Source: Solirubrobacteraceae bacterium
Lineage (GTDB): Bacteria; Actinomycetota; Thermoleophilia; Solirubrobacterales; Solirubrobacteraceae
Direction of reading: 5' to 3'
Assembly: GCA_034665245.1 (NCBI GenBank)
Contig: JAXDGC010000237.1
Coordinates: 1-60,679, forward strand
Length of the DNA stretch: 60,679 nt
This document shows positions 50,685-59,406 of the stretch, in pieces; position 1 is the stretch's first letter, and the number at the start of each line of letters is the position of its first letter. The notes under the pieces are model-generated. The model was given only the letters and a program-made list of their open reading frames with translations. It searched no databases and had not been told where the DNA came from. The translations under genes were made by a program, and so were the position numbers.

Positions 50685-51044
50685 ATGGGCAGCGTCGGCA
50701 TCGACCTTCTCGAGATCGACCGGCTGGAGCGGGCTCTGGCCCGTCGGCCGCATCTGGCCGCGCGCCTGTTCACCGAGTCCGAGCGCGCCTATGCGGCCGC
50801 CCGGGCGCGACCCGCAATGCACCTTGCAGCGCGGTTCTGCGCCAAAGAGGCGGTCGTCAAGGCGCTCGCGCTCGAGGTCTGGAACCCGCACGACGTCGAA
50901 GTGGTCAGGGAGGCGACAGGCGCGCCTTCGGTGCGGCTGTCCGGGCACGCGGCGGCGCGCGCCGCGGAGCTCGGGGCCTCGGTCACCATCTCGATGACGC
51001 ACACGCGCGCGATGGCGGCCGCGGTCGCGACGGTCGGCGCGTGA
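50685..51044 (+). CDS. acpS: holo-[acyl-carrier-protein] synthase
   Basis: MGSVGIDLLEIDRLERAL...FCAKEAVVKAL. 119 aa. ORF 50514-51044 is trimmed to ATG 50685. Confidence 0.85.
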   Translation: MGSVGIDLLEIDRLERALARRPHLAARLFTESERAYAAARARPAMHLAARFCAKEAVVKALALEVWNPHDVEVVREATGAPSVRLSGHAAARAAELGASVTISMTHTRAMAAAVATVGA

Positions 51045-52558
51045 CGAACCCCCGCTGGCTCGAGCCGCTCCCCGACGCCGGGCTCATGCGCGCCACCGAC
51101 CAGTGGGCGATCGAGACCAAGGGCGTCCCCGCGCGGCAGCTGATGGAGCGCGCGGGGGAGGGGCTCGCCCGCGCCGTGGGCAAGCACGCGCCCGCCGGGC
51201 GGATCGCGATCGTCTGCGGCAAGGGCAACAACGGCGGCGACGGCCTCGTGGCGGCCCGCCTGCTCCGCCAGGCCGGACGCGACGTCGACGTGCTGGCGGT
51301 CTGGCCGCCCGAGTGGATGGGCGAGGACGCCCAGGCCCAGGCCAAGGTCCTGCCGGGGCCGGCGCCGGTGCCCTTCCATCCCGATCGGCTCCAGAAGGCG
51401 CACGCGATCGTCGACGCGGTGCTCGGGACGGGCTTCGAGGGGACGCCGCGCGACCCCGCCGACGCCGTCATCCTCGCGATCAACTCGGCGCGCGCGCGGG
51501 TGATCGCGGCCGACGTGCCCAGCGGTGTCAACGCCTCCACGGGCGAGGTCGAGGGCTCGGCCGTGCGGGCGCTCGCCACCGCGACCTTCCACCAGGCCAA
51601 GCCCGGGCTGTGGATCTCACCCGGCAAGGAGCACGCGGGCATCGTCGAGACCGTCGACATCGGCATCCCCGCCGGCGCCCCCGGGGAGGCGGAGATCGGC
51701 CTGATCGGCGGTGGCGTGCTGTTCGAGATGCCGCGCCGCACCTCGGGCTCGACGAAGTTCTCCTCCGGGAACGTCTTCATCATCGGCGGCTCGCACGGGT
51801 TGACCGGCGCGCCGTCGATGGCGGCGCTGGCGGCGATGCGCGCCGGTGCCGGCTACGTCACGGTCGGCGGTCCGCAGTCGCTCGAGCTCTCCTTCACGGT
51901 GAGGCTGCTGGAGGCGATGATGGTCGGCCTGCCCGAACGCGACGGGTCGCTGACGCCGACCGCGCTCCAGCCCGCCCTCGAGGCGATCGGCCGCGCCGAC
52001 GCCGTCGTGCTCGGCCCGGGGATCGGCAAGCAGAAGGGCGCGCAGGAGCTCGCGCGCGAGCTCGTCGAGCGCATCGACGTCCCGCTCGTGGTGGACGCGG
52101 ACGGTCTCGGCGCGCTCGCCGGAGGGGCGATGGAGGAGCTCGTGCGGGTGCGGCCCTGGCCGACGGTGATGACACCGCACGCCGGCGAGCTCGGGCGGCT
52201 GCTCGGCGTCGACTCGAAGGAGATCGGCCGCCACCGCCTCCGGTACGCGCGCGAGGCCGCGGCCAAGGCCAAGGCGATCATCGTGCTCAAGGGCGACGAC
52301 ACGCTGGTGGCGACGCCCAACGGTCGCGTGGCGGTCTCGCGCGGCTTCGCTCCCGCGCTCGCGACGGCCGGCACGGGCGACGTGCTCTCCGGCGTGATCG
52401 GGGCGATGCTCGCCAAGGGCCTCGCCCCCGCCCACGCGGTCTGCGCCGGCGTCTACGCGCACCTCCGCGCCGGCCAGATCGCGGCCGCCCCGGACGGCCC
52501 GGACGGTGTCATCGCCTCCGACGTCATCCGCGCGCTCCCCGCCGCACTCGGGGGCTAA
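51041..52558 (+). CDS. nnr: bifunctional NAD(P)H-hydrate repair enzyme (epimerase / ADP-dependent dehydratase)
   Basis: GTG 51041 overlaps the acpS stop. YjeF_N motif CGKGNNGGDGLVAARLL. C-terminal kinase-like GGSHGLTGAPSMAALAAMRAGAGYV...GTGDVLSGVIGAMLA. Confidence 0.9.
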   Translation: MTNPRWLEPLPDAGLMRATDQWAIETKGVPARQLMERAGEGLARAVGKHAPAGRIAIVCGKGNNGGDGLVAARLLRQAGRDVDVLAVWPPEWMGEDAQAQAKVLPGPAPVPFHPDRLQKAHAIVDAVLGTGFEGTPRDPADAVILAINSARARVIAADVPSGVNASTGEVEGSAVRALATATFHQAKPGLWISPGKEHAGIVETVDIGIPAGAPGEAEIGLIGGGVLFEMPRRTSGSTKFSSGNVFIIGGSHGLTGAPSMAALAAMRAGAGYVTVGGPQSLELSFTVRLLEAMMVGLPERDGSLTPTALQPALEAIGRADAVVLGPGIGKQKGAQELARELVERIDVPLVVDADGLGALAGGAMEELVRVRPWPTVMTPHAGELGRLLGVDSKEIGRHRLRYAREAAAKAKAIIVLKGDDTLVATPNGRVAVSRGFAPALATAGTGDVLSGVIGAMLAKGLAPAHAVCAGVYAHLRAGQIAAAPDGPDGVIASDVIRALPAALGG

Positions 52559-52568
52559 GGTCGCGCCC

Positions 52569-53030
52569 ATGGCCCAGACCGTCGCGGACATCATGGACAC
52601 CGGCGCGCCGAGCGTCGAGACGACCGACTCGGTCGAGCACGTGCTCGAGGTGATGCGCGAGCACGAGCTGCCCGGCGTGGCCGTGGTCAACGAGGGCGGC
52701 CGCTGCGTCGGGATCATCACCGAGGCGGATCTGATCCTCTCGGGCGAGGACGCCGACCTGCACCTGCCCCACTACTTCCAGCTGTTCGGCGGCTTCGTGT
52801 TCCTCGAGAGCCTGAGCCACTTCGAGGAGCGGCTGCGCAAGGCGGTCGCCTCCACCGCCGGGGACCTGATGACCGAGCACCCGGTGACCATCGAGCCGAG
52901 CTCGAGCGTTGACGAGGCGGCGCGCGTGATCGCCCGCAAGAAGCACAACCGCCTCCCGGTGGTCGAGCACGGCCGCCTGGTCGGCGTGGTGACCCGCCTC
53001 GACGTGCTCGAGGCGCTCACGAAGGAGTAG
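52569..53030 (+). CDS. CBS domain pair protein
   Basis: Two CBS modules: IMDTGAPSVETTDSV...LPGVAVVNEGGRCVGIITEADL and LMTEHPVTIEPSSSVDEAARVIARKKHNRLPVVEHGRLVGVVTRLDVL. Confidence 0.85.
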   Translation: MAQTVADIMDTGAPSVETTDSVEHVLEVMREHELPGVAVVNEGGRCVGIITEADLILSGEDADLHLPHYFQLFGGFVFLESLSHFEERLRKAVASTAGDLMTEHPVTIEPSSSVDEAARVIARKKHNRLPVVEHGRLVGVVTRLDVLEALTKE

Positions 53031-53032
53031 CG

Positions 53033-54133
53033 GTGCCACTGCGCGCCCTCGCCCGGGTCGATCTGGGCGCGATCGAGCGCAACGCGCGGCGGCTGGCGGC
53101 GGTCGCCGGGCCGGCGGCGCTGTGCGCGGTGGTCAAGGCCGACGGCTATGGGCACGGGATGGTCCCGGCCGCCCGCGCGGCCCAGGCGGGAGGCGCGAGC
53201 TGGCTCGCCGTCGCGACGGCGCAGGAGGCGCGCGGGCTGCGGGACGGCGGGCTCGAGGGGCCCGTGCTCGTGATGGGGGCGCTCTCGGAGGAGGAGCTCG
53301 CGGTCGCGGTCGCCGCCCGCGCCGACGTCGTGGCCTGGCGCGAGGCCTTCGTCGACCGCCTCGCCGCCCTTCCCGGGGCCGAGGGCAGTGGTGTCCACGT
53401 CAAGCTCGACACGGGCATGGGCCGCCTCGGCACGCGCGACCCCGGCGAGGCGAGCCGCGTCGCCGTGGCGGTCGCCGGCCACGACCGCCTGCGGCTCGCC
53501 GGCGCGATGACCCACTTCGCCACCGCCGACGACGACGCCGGCTTCATGGCCGAGCAGCTCGAGGCGTTCACCCCCTGGGCGGAGGCGGTCAAGGCCGCCC
53601 ACCCCGAGGTGCTCGTGCACGCGGCCAACTCGGCGGCGACCCTGCGCGGGCCGGCCGCGCGCTTCGACCTCGTGCGCTGCGGGATCGCCGTCTACGGCAT
53701 GGACCCGTTCCAGCGCGATCCGGTCGACCACGGCCTCGAGCCCGCGCTGGCGCTCGTCTCCTACGTCGCCGAGGTCAAGGCGGCGCGGCCCGGGCAGAGC
53801 AGCGGCTACGGCCGGCGCTTCGTGGCCGAGCGGCCGACGCAGGTCGGGACGCTGCCGATCGGCTACGGCGACGGCGTCCGCCGCGCCCTGACCAACAACG
53901 CCGAGGTGCTGGTCGAGGGGCGCCGCGTGCCGCTTGTCGGCACGGTCTCGATGGACAACATCACGGTCGACCTCGGCGAGGCGGGCGCCTCGGTGGGAGC
54001 CGAGGCGGTGCTGATCGGCGCCCAGGGCGGCGAGCGGATCCTCGCCGAGGAGATGGCACGGCGTCTCGACACGATCAACTACGAGGTGACCTGCGGCATC
54101 TCCGCCCGCGTGCCGCGGGTCTACGGGCCATGA
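53033..54133 (+). CDS. alr: alanine racemase
   Basis: GTG start. AVVKADGYGHG (PLP-binding Lys), MTHFATAD, GYGDGVRR, VSMDNITVD. Confidence 0.9.
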   Translation: MPLRALARVDLGAIERNARRLAAVAGPAALCAVVKADGYGHGMVPAARAAQAGGASWLAVATAQEARGLRDGGLEGPVLVMGALSEEELAVAVAARADVVAWREAFVDRLAALPGAEGSGVHVKLDTGMGRLGTRDPGEASRVAVAVAGHDRLRLAGAMTHFATADDDAGFMAEQLEAFTPWAEAVKAAHPEVLVHAANSAATLRGPAARFDLVRCGIAVYGMDPFQRDPVDHGLEPALALVSYVAEVKAARPGQSSGYGRRFVAERPTQVGTLPIGYGDGVRRALTNNAEVLVEGRRVPLVGTVSMDNITVDLGEAGASVGAEAVLIGAQGGERILAEEMARRLDTINYEVTCGISARVPRVYGP

Positions 54134-55515
54134 CGGAGCCGCTGGAGGCCGCCCGCGCGGCGCTCGCCGGGGAGCCGGCGTGGCTGGTCGGCGGCGCGCT
54201 CCGCGACCGGCTGCTCGGGCGCGCGACCAGCGACTTCGACGTCGCGGTCGCGGGTGACCCGCGCGCGGCCGCCGGCGCGATCGCGAGGGCGGCGGGCGGG
54301 ACGGCGTTCGAGCTCTCCGGCGCGTTCGGGGCGTGGCGTGTGGTGGGCCGCGGAGGCCTCTGGAACGTCGATCTCGTGCGCCTGCGCGACGACGACCTCG
54401 CCGCCGACCTCGCCGCCCGCGACTTCACCGTCAACGCCATGGCCGAGCCGCTCGCGGGCGGCGACCTGCTCGATCCCCACGGCGGGCGGGCCGACCTGGA
54501 AGGGCGACGGCTGCGCATGGTCTCGGCGGCGGCGCTGGCCGACGACCCCCTGCGAACCCTGCGCGCGGCGCGCCTCGCGGTCGAGCTAGACCTCGAGCTC
54601 GAGCCCGAGACGCGGGAGGCGGTGCGGCATCACGCGCCCGGGCTCACCACGGTGGCGCCGGAGCGCGTGTTCGCCGAGCTCAAGCGGATCGTGGGCGCCG
54701 AGCGCGCCGCCGCCGGCCTGATCCTGGCCGAGGACCTCGGCGTCGCCGCCGTCGTGCTGCCGGAGCTGGCTGCGCTGCGCGGTGTCGAGCAGAACGTCTT
54801 CCACCACCGCGACGTCCACGGCCACACGCTGGAGGTGCTCGACGCGGTGGCGGAGCTGCAGGCGGGCTCGCCCGCGCTCGGCGAGCACGCCGGAGCGGTG
54901 CAGGCGCTCCTGGCCGAGCCGCTCGGCGACGACCTCAGCCGCGGCGACGCCATGCGCTTCGCCGCGCTGCTGCACGACGCGGCCAAGCCGGCGACGCGCG
55001 GCTACCGGCCGGACGGCCGCGTCACGTTCATCGGCCACGACTCCGAGGGCGCCGAGCTCGCGCGCGGCGTGCTGCGGCGGCTGCGCGCCTCCGAGCGCGT
55101 CGCCGACTATGTCGCCACGCTGACACTGCACCATCTGCGGCTCGGCTTCCTGGTCCACGAGCGGCCGCTGTCGCGGCGCGCGATCTGGCGCTACCTGGCC
55201 GCGACGGAGCCCTATGCGGCCGAGGTCACCGTCTTCACGGTGGCCGACCGCCTCGCCACCCGCGGGCGCAACGCCGAGCCGGCGATCGCGGCGCACCTCG
55301 AGCTGGCGCGCGAGATGCTCGGCCCCGCCCTGGCGCGCCGTTCGGGGTCATCGCCCGCCCCGCTGGTGCGCGGCGACGAGCTCGCGGCCGCGCTCGGGAT
55401 CGAGCCCGGCCCGCGGCTCGGCGCGCTCCTCGACGCGCTCGAGGAGGCACGCTATGCGGGGGAGATCGCCACCCGCGAGGACGCGGTCAGGCTCGCTCGC
55501 TCGCTGCTGTCCTGA
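54130..55515 (+). CDS. cca: CCA-adding enzyme / poly(A) polymerase-family tRNA nucleotidyltransferase with HD domain
   Basis: ATG 54130 overlaps the alr stop (ATGA). Motifs: WLVGGALRDRLLG, DFDVAV, RDFTVNAM and an HD region (HHRDVHGHTLEV...LLHDAAKP). ORF 53122-55515 is trimmed. Confidence 0.75.
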   Translation: MTEPLEAARAALAGEPAWLVGGALRDRLLGRATSDFDVAVAGDPRAAAGAIARAAGGTAFELSGAFGAWRVVGRGGLWNVDLVRLRDDDLAADLAARDFTVNAMAEPLAGGDLLDPHGGRADLEGRRLRMVSAAALADDPLRTLRAARLAVELDLELEPETREAVRHHAPGLTTVAPERVFAELKRIVGAERAAAGLILAEDLGVAAVVLPELAALRGVEQNVFHHRDVHGHTLEVLDAVAELQAGSPALGEHAGAVQALLAEPLGDDLSRGDAMRFAALLHDAAKPATRGYRPDGRVTFIGHDSEGAELARGVLRRLRASERVADYVATLTLHHLRLGFLVHERPLSRRAIWRYLAATEPYAAEVTVFTVADRLATRGRNAEPAIAAHLELAREMLGPALARRSGSSPAPLVRGDELAAALGIEPGPRLGALLDALEEARYAGEIATREDAVRLARSLLS

Positions 55516-56653
55516 TCGCCGCCTCGGCGACGCGCGCGGCCGCCGCCACCGTGCCGAAGTCGACGTTGCGCGGGATGTCGCGCTGCGAGTGGTAGTTGGA
55601 CGGCATCTTGTACTCGTCGCAGGAGGCGAGCGTGGCGGTCCGCATCCCGCCGCGCAGCGCCGACAGCGCGTCGGTGGCGAAGCCGAGGCGCAGGCCGCGG
55701 CGCAGCGCGACGCCGGCGCGCTTCGCGCTGTCCGCGATCAGATCGCGCACGCCGGCGTCGTAGTCGGTCATCCAGATCATCCCCTCGCCCTCGAGCAGGA
55801 TCAGCTCCGGCGAGCCCAGCGTCTCCAGCACCACGACGCGGGTGCGCGCCGGGTCGAGCCCCGGGCCGTGGCGGCGCACCCAGCCGCGCATCCCCTCCAT
55901 GAAGGACTCCTCCGAGCCGGTCGAGACGAGCAGCACGCGCACGCCTTGGACCGGCTCCTCCCGCAGCCTCCGTGCGAGCTCGAGGATGACCGCGACGGCG
56001 GTGAGGTTGTCGTTCGCGCCCGGGACGACGGTGCGGGTGGCGATGTCGAAGAAGGCCACCATGCTGCCCGCGGAGATGAACGTGCCCAGCTTGCGCAGCG
56101 CCCGCCACCCGGTGAGCGCGCCGAGGCCGGCGAGGGCGGGGCCGGCCGCCACCAGCCGCAGCATCTGCGGCGACGTCTGCTGGCGCGCGTACCAGGCCGG
56201 GAAGGTGTCGGCCACGAGCCGGGTCAGCTCGGGGCGGAAGATCAGGCCACCGTTGGCGGCGTCGTGGTGGGCGACGAAGACGAGCGTCTCCGCGGCGTCC
56301 GGGTCGCCGGCGGTGCCGGTGACGTTGAAGGTCGAGCGGTGGGGGAGGAGCCGGCGGAAGAGGTGCGGCCCACCCGAGACGTCGTCGACGATCCCCGCGG
56401 CCGCCAGCAGGCCGAGCAGCGCGGTGCGGCGCCCGCCGACGCCCGCGGCGAAGCCTCCCGCCGACAGCAGCCCCAGCGGCAGCGCCATCGAGCCGACCGC
56501 GGGCTCCTCCTCGATGCGCGCGGGCACGCCGTGTGCCTCCAGCTGCCCGCGGATCCACTCCGCCGCCTGCCGCTCGCCCTCCGAGGCGGACGGCCGGTCG
56601 AAGCCCGCGAGGTGCTCGACGGTGGCGCGCAGGCGGGCGAGTTCCGGCTCCAT
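55487..56653 (-). CDS. M28-family metallopeptidase
   Basis: ATG 56653 (MEPELARLRATVEHLAG). Metal-ligand motifs VFVAHHDAANGG, PGANDNLTAVAVILELAR, STGSEESFMEGMRGW and NYHSQRD. The 3' end overlaps the convergent cca gene by 29 nt. Confidence 0.8.
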   Translation of the reverse strand: MEPELARLRATVEHLAGFDRPSASEGERQAAEWIRGQLEAHGVPARIEEEPAVGSMALPLGLLSAGGFAAGVGGRRTALLGLLAAAGIVDDVSGGPHLFRRLLPHRSTFNVTGTAGDPDAAETLVFVAHHDAANGGLIFRPELTRLVADTFPAWYARQQTSPQMLRLVAAGPALAGLGALTGWRALRKLGTFISAGSMVAFFDIATRTVVPGANDNLTAVAVILELARRLREEPVQGVRVLLVSTGSEESFMEGMRGWVRRHGPGLDPARTRVVVLETLGSPELILLEGEGMIWMTDYDAGVRDLIADSAKRAGVALRRGLRLGFATDALSALRGGMRTATLASCDEYKMPSNYHSQRDIPRNVDFGTVAAAARVAEAAIRTAASERA

Positions 56654-56662
56654 GGCGCGCTG

Positions 56663-56680
56663 AGGGTATTGGAGTACCCT
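56663..56680. promoter_or_regulatory. inverted repeat AGGGTA-N6-TACCCT in the 36-nt divergent gap between the M28 peptidase and HIT genes
   Basis: tgAGGGTAttggagTACCCTgc, read directly from the sequence. Confidence 0.3.
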
Positions 56681-56689
56681 GCGGCGGCG

Positions 56690-57106
56690 ATGGCCGCGGA
56701 CCCGGATTGCCTGTTCTGCAAGATCGTGGCGGGGGAGGTGCCCGCCACGCGCGTGTACGAGGACGAGCGCACGATCGCGTTCATGGACATCAACCCCGCG
56801 ACGCGCGGCCACCTGCTCGTGATCCCGCGCGAGCACGCCGCCGACGTGCATGCGATCGACCCGGAGGACCTGAAGGCCGTCGTGGTGGCCGCCAAGGGCC
56901 TCGCGGGGCGCGTGCGCGACCGGCTCGGCGCCGACGGCGTGAACCTCCTCAACTCGACCGGCAAGGTCGCCTGGCAGACCGTCTTCCACTTCCACCTGCA
57001 CGTGATCCCGCGCTACGACAACGATCCCCTGCGCCTGCCGTGGCAGCCTGAGCCCGGCGACCGCGACGCGATCGCGGCCGCCGCCGAGGAGCTCAACGAA
57101 GAGTGA
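56690..57106 (+). CDS. HIT-family (histidine triad) nucleotide hydrolase
   Basis: CLFCKIVAGEVPATRVYEDERTIAFMDINPATRGHLLVIPREH...HFHLHVIPR. ORF 55214-57106 is trimmed to ATG 56690. Confidence 0.9.
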   Translation: MAADPDCLFCKIVAGEVPATRVYEDERTIAFMDINPATRGHLLVIPREHAADVHAIDPEDLKAVVVAAKGLAGRVRDRLGADGVNLLNSTGKVAWQTVFHFHLHVIPRYDNDPLRLPWQPEPGDRDAIAAAAEELNEE

Positions 57107-57690
57107 GACTGCGCCGCGCCGTGGCGGGCCTGGTGGTCGTCTGCGCCCTGGCGCCGATCGCGTCGGCGCAGGTCATCCCGACGTTCCGCAAGGACTCGGC
57201 CACCGACGGGCGCGGCGCGCTCGACATCGTCCGCGTGGCGATGTCACGCGGCACCGACGGGCGGCTGCGGGGCGAGGTCACGATGGAGAAGGCGTGGACG
57301 ACGGCCGACCTGCGCTCCGCCACGGGGCCCTCGGGCTCGATCTGCCTGACGCTCTCCACGGCCCGCGAGCCGGGCGCCGATCCGCCCGACTGGCTCGTCT
57401 GCGCGACGCCACCCAAGGTGGGCGACGAGCTCCACGGCCGCGTGCTGCGCGACCGCGCCAACGGGCTGCCGCGGCAGGTGGCCGCGGCGACCGTGACGCG
57501 CCCGACCGCCCGCACGGTCTACCTCCGCTTCCCCCAGTCGGCGATCGACCGCCCGGCGAACGTGCGCTTCGCCGCCGAGGCCGTCACACGGGCGGCCCGG
57601 TGCCCGCGGCCGCTCGGTTGCCGCGACACGGCGCCGGACGCTCCGGCGACTGGAAATCTGACCTTGCGCAGTACTGCTCCGTCCGGTTAG
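57103..57690 (+). CDS. hypothetical secreted protein
   Basis: GTG 57103 overlaps the HIT stop (GTGA). Signal peptide [22 protein letters not shown]. No family recognised. Confidence 0.6.
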   Translation: MRLRRAVAGLVVVCALAPIASAQVIPTFRKDSATDGRGALDIVRVAMSRGTDGRLRGEVTMEKAWTTADLRSATGPSGSICLTLSTAREPGADPPDWLVCATPPKVGDELHGRVLRDRANGLPRQVAAATVTRPTARTVYLRFPQSAIDRPANVRFAAEAVTRAARCPRPLGCRDTAPDAPATGNLTLRSTAPSG

Positions 57691-57757
57691 CGTTGTCAGC
57701 GTCAGGACCGGTCGGTCCGGCCGGTCGAAGGGTGCAGCCAGCGAGGTAGAGGCACGA

Positions 57758-57961
57758 ATGGGCACCGGGACGGTCAAGTGGTTCAGCGACGACAAGGGCT
57801 TCGGGTTCATCACCCCGGATGAGGGTGGCCGCGACCTGTTCGTCCACTTCTCCGGCATCACGGGTGACGGGTATCGGTCGCTCGCGGAGGGCACGAAGGT
57901 CTCCTACGACGAGGAGCAGGGCGACAAGGGCCCGAAGGCGGTCAACGTAGCCAAGCTCTGA
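57758..57961 (+). CDS. cspA: cold-shock protein (CSD)
   Basis: [34 protein letters not shown], carrying the RNP1 (KGFGFI) and RNP2 (VFVHF) motifs. 67 aa. Confidence 0.95.
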   Translation: MGTGTVKWFSDDKGFGFITPDEGGRDLFVHFSGITGDGYRSLAEGTKVSYDEEQGDKGPKAVNVAKL

Positions 57962-57990
57962 GGGGCGCCCGCAACCCGCGCGAGCCCGTC

Positions 57991-58680
57991 GTGTTCAATG
58001 CCGGGATGCGCCCGACCCAGAAGGGACTCCTCGCCGTGCTCGCCGCGGCCGCGCTCGCGGCCGTGCCCGCCGCGCCCGCGTCGGCCCGGATCATCGAGAT
58101 CGGCCAGACGGCGCAGCAGAACGCGCCGTCCTGTCCGGCCAATCCCTGCCAGGCGGTCTCCCGCACGACGGGCTACCAGGCCAAGGTCGGCAGCCAGCGC
58201 GGGCTCATGCGAGCGCCGGCGGACGGCAAGATCGTCGCTTGGACGATCACGCTCGGCACCCCGGGCGCGCGCCAGATCCGCTTCTTCAACCAGAACTACG
58301 GCGGCGCGTCGCAGGCCGGCATCTCCGTGCTCAAGCCCGGCACCAGGCTGTTCGGCCGCGTCACCGGCCGCAGCGCGCTCCAGAGCCTGCAGCCGTACTT
58401 CGGCACGACCGTGCAGTTCCCGCTCGGCCGCGCGCTCAACGTCCACAAGGGGTACCTGATCGCGTTGACCGTGCCGAGCTGGGCCCCGGCGCTGGCGCTC
58501 GGCATGGGCAACGACACGTCGTGGCGCGCGAGCCGGGCGCGCAACGGCTGCTCGGAGCCCGGCGTCCAGTCGGCGCAGCTCGACCTTGCGGACCTCGCCC
58601 AGTACCGCTGCCTGTATCGCACGGCGCGCCTGACCTACACGGCGACGCTGATCACGACGCCGAAGCCACCGAAGCGCTGA
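57991..58680 (+). CDS. hypothetical secreted protein
   Basis: Signal peptide ...MRPTQKGLLAVLAAAALAAVPAAPASA (ATG alternative at 58006). Four Cys residues. No family recognised. Confidence 0.6.
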   Translation: MFNAGMRPTQKGLLAVLAAAALAAVPAAPASARIIEIGQTAQQNAPSCPANPCQAVSRTTGYQAKVGSQRGLMRAPADGKIVAWTITLGTPGARQIRFFNQNYGGASQAGISVLKPGTRLFGRVTGRSALQSLQPYFGTTVQFPLGRALNVHKGYLIALTVPSWAPALALGMGNDTSWRASRARNGCSEPGVQSAQLDLADLAQYRCLYRTARLTYTATLITTPKPPKR

Positions 58681-58699
58681 CCGCGCCGCGGCGCGGCCG

Positions 58700-59080
58700 T
58701 CAGCAGGCGCCGGCGTTCTCCTGGCAGAACTGCTCGAACTGCTGAGGCGGCGAGCCCGCGGCGGGCGCCTGGGTGGCGGCCGGGCTGCCCTGCGTGGCGG
58801 GCGCCGGCGTTGCCGACGCGCCCGTGTTCGTGCCCGTGGTGCCGGTCGAGCCCGTGGTGCCGGTGCCGGCGGGCGTCGGCGTCGGGGTCGCCCCGGCGGA
58901 CGGGGTCGGCGTCGGGGTGGCCGACGGCGAGACGTCGGCGGCGCCCTTCTGGTGCGGGACGGTGAGCACCGGCGGCGGCCCCGGGACCTCCGGGGCGGCC
59001 GAGTCGCTCCCGCCGCAGCCCGTCGCGACGAGCGCGAGGCCGAGAAGCGGCAGCGGAAGGACGGATCGGAGCCGGCGCAC
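58700..59080 (-). CDS. small Thr/Pro/Gly-rich lipoprotein
   Basis: GTG 59080 gives VRRLRSVLPLPLLGLALVATGCGG (lipobox LVATGC). The mature part is low-complexity, [29 protein letters not shown]..., ending QQFEQFCQENAGAC. ORF 58700-59200 is trimmed. Confidence 0.55.
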   Translation of the reverse strand: MRRLRSVLPLPLLGLALVATGCGGSDSAAPEVPGPPPVLTVPHQKGAADVSPSATPTPTPSAGATPTPTPAGTGTTGSTGTTGTNTGASATPAPATQGSPAATQAPAAGSPPQQFEQFCQENAGAC

Positions 59081-59091
59081 GACGGAGCCGA

Positions 59092-59355
59092 TCAGCGCGG
59101 GAGCGCGGCCATGCGGCGGCCGCACACGGGGCAGTCGTTGAGGTCCTTCTGTGCGAGCTGGTCGCACCAGTTGCAGAAGCGGAGGTTCTCGGTCGCCCAC
59201 GGAAGCTGAGACTTTGACGGGGCGAGCGGCAGAACCATTCCGACGACCTCGAGCGGCTCGCCCGTCTCGCGGTCGACGTAGGTCTGCCCCGGCTCGGCCT
59301 CGCGGATGATCTCGCGGCCGGTGGAGGGCGTGCGAAGACGATACTTCTGGCCCAT
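59092..59355 (-). CDS. 87-aa zinc-ribbon-like hypothetical protein
   Basis: ATG 59355 (MGQKYRLRTPSTGREIIRE...). C-terminal CNWC...CPVC pair. High GC3. The rest of ORF 59092-60546 is antisense to a GT4 gene and is rejected. Confidence 0.55.
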   Translation of the reverse strand: MGQKYRLRTPSTGREIIREAEPGQTYVDRETGEPLEVVGMVLPLAPSKSQLPWATENLRFCNWCDQLAQKDLNDCPVCGRRMAALPR

Positions 59356-59406
59356 CGGCGCCAGAGTAGCAAGGGCCGTCGCCCGTTCCGCGGCTAGGGT
59401 CCGCTC

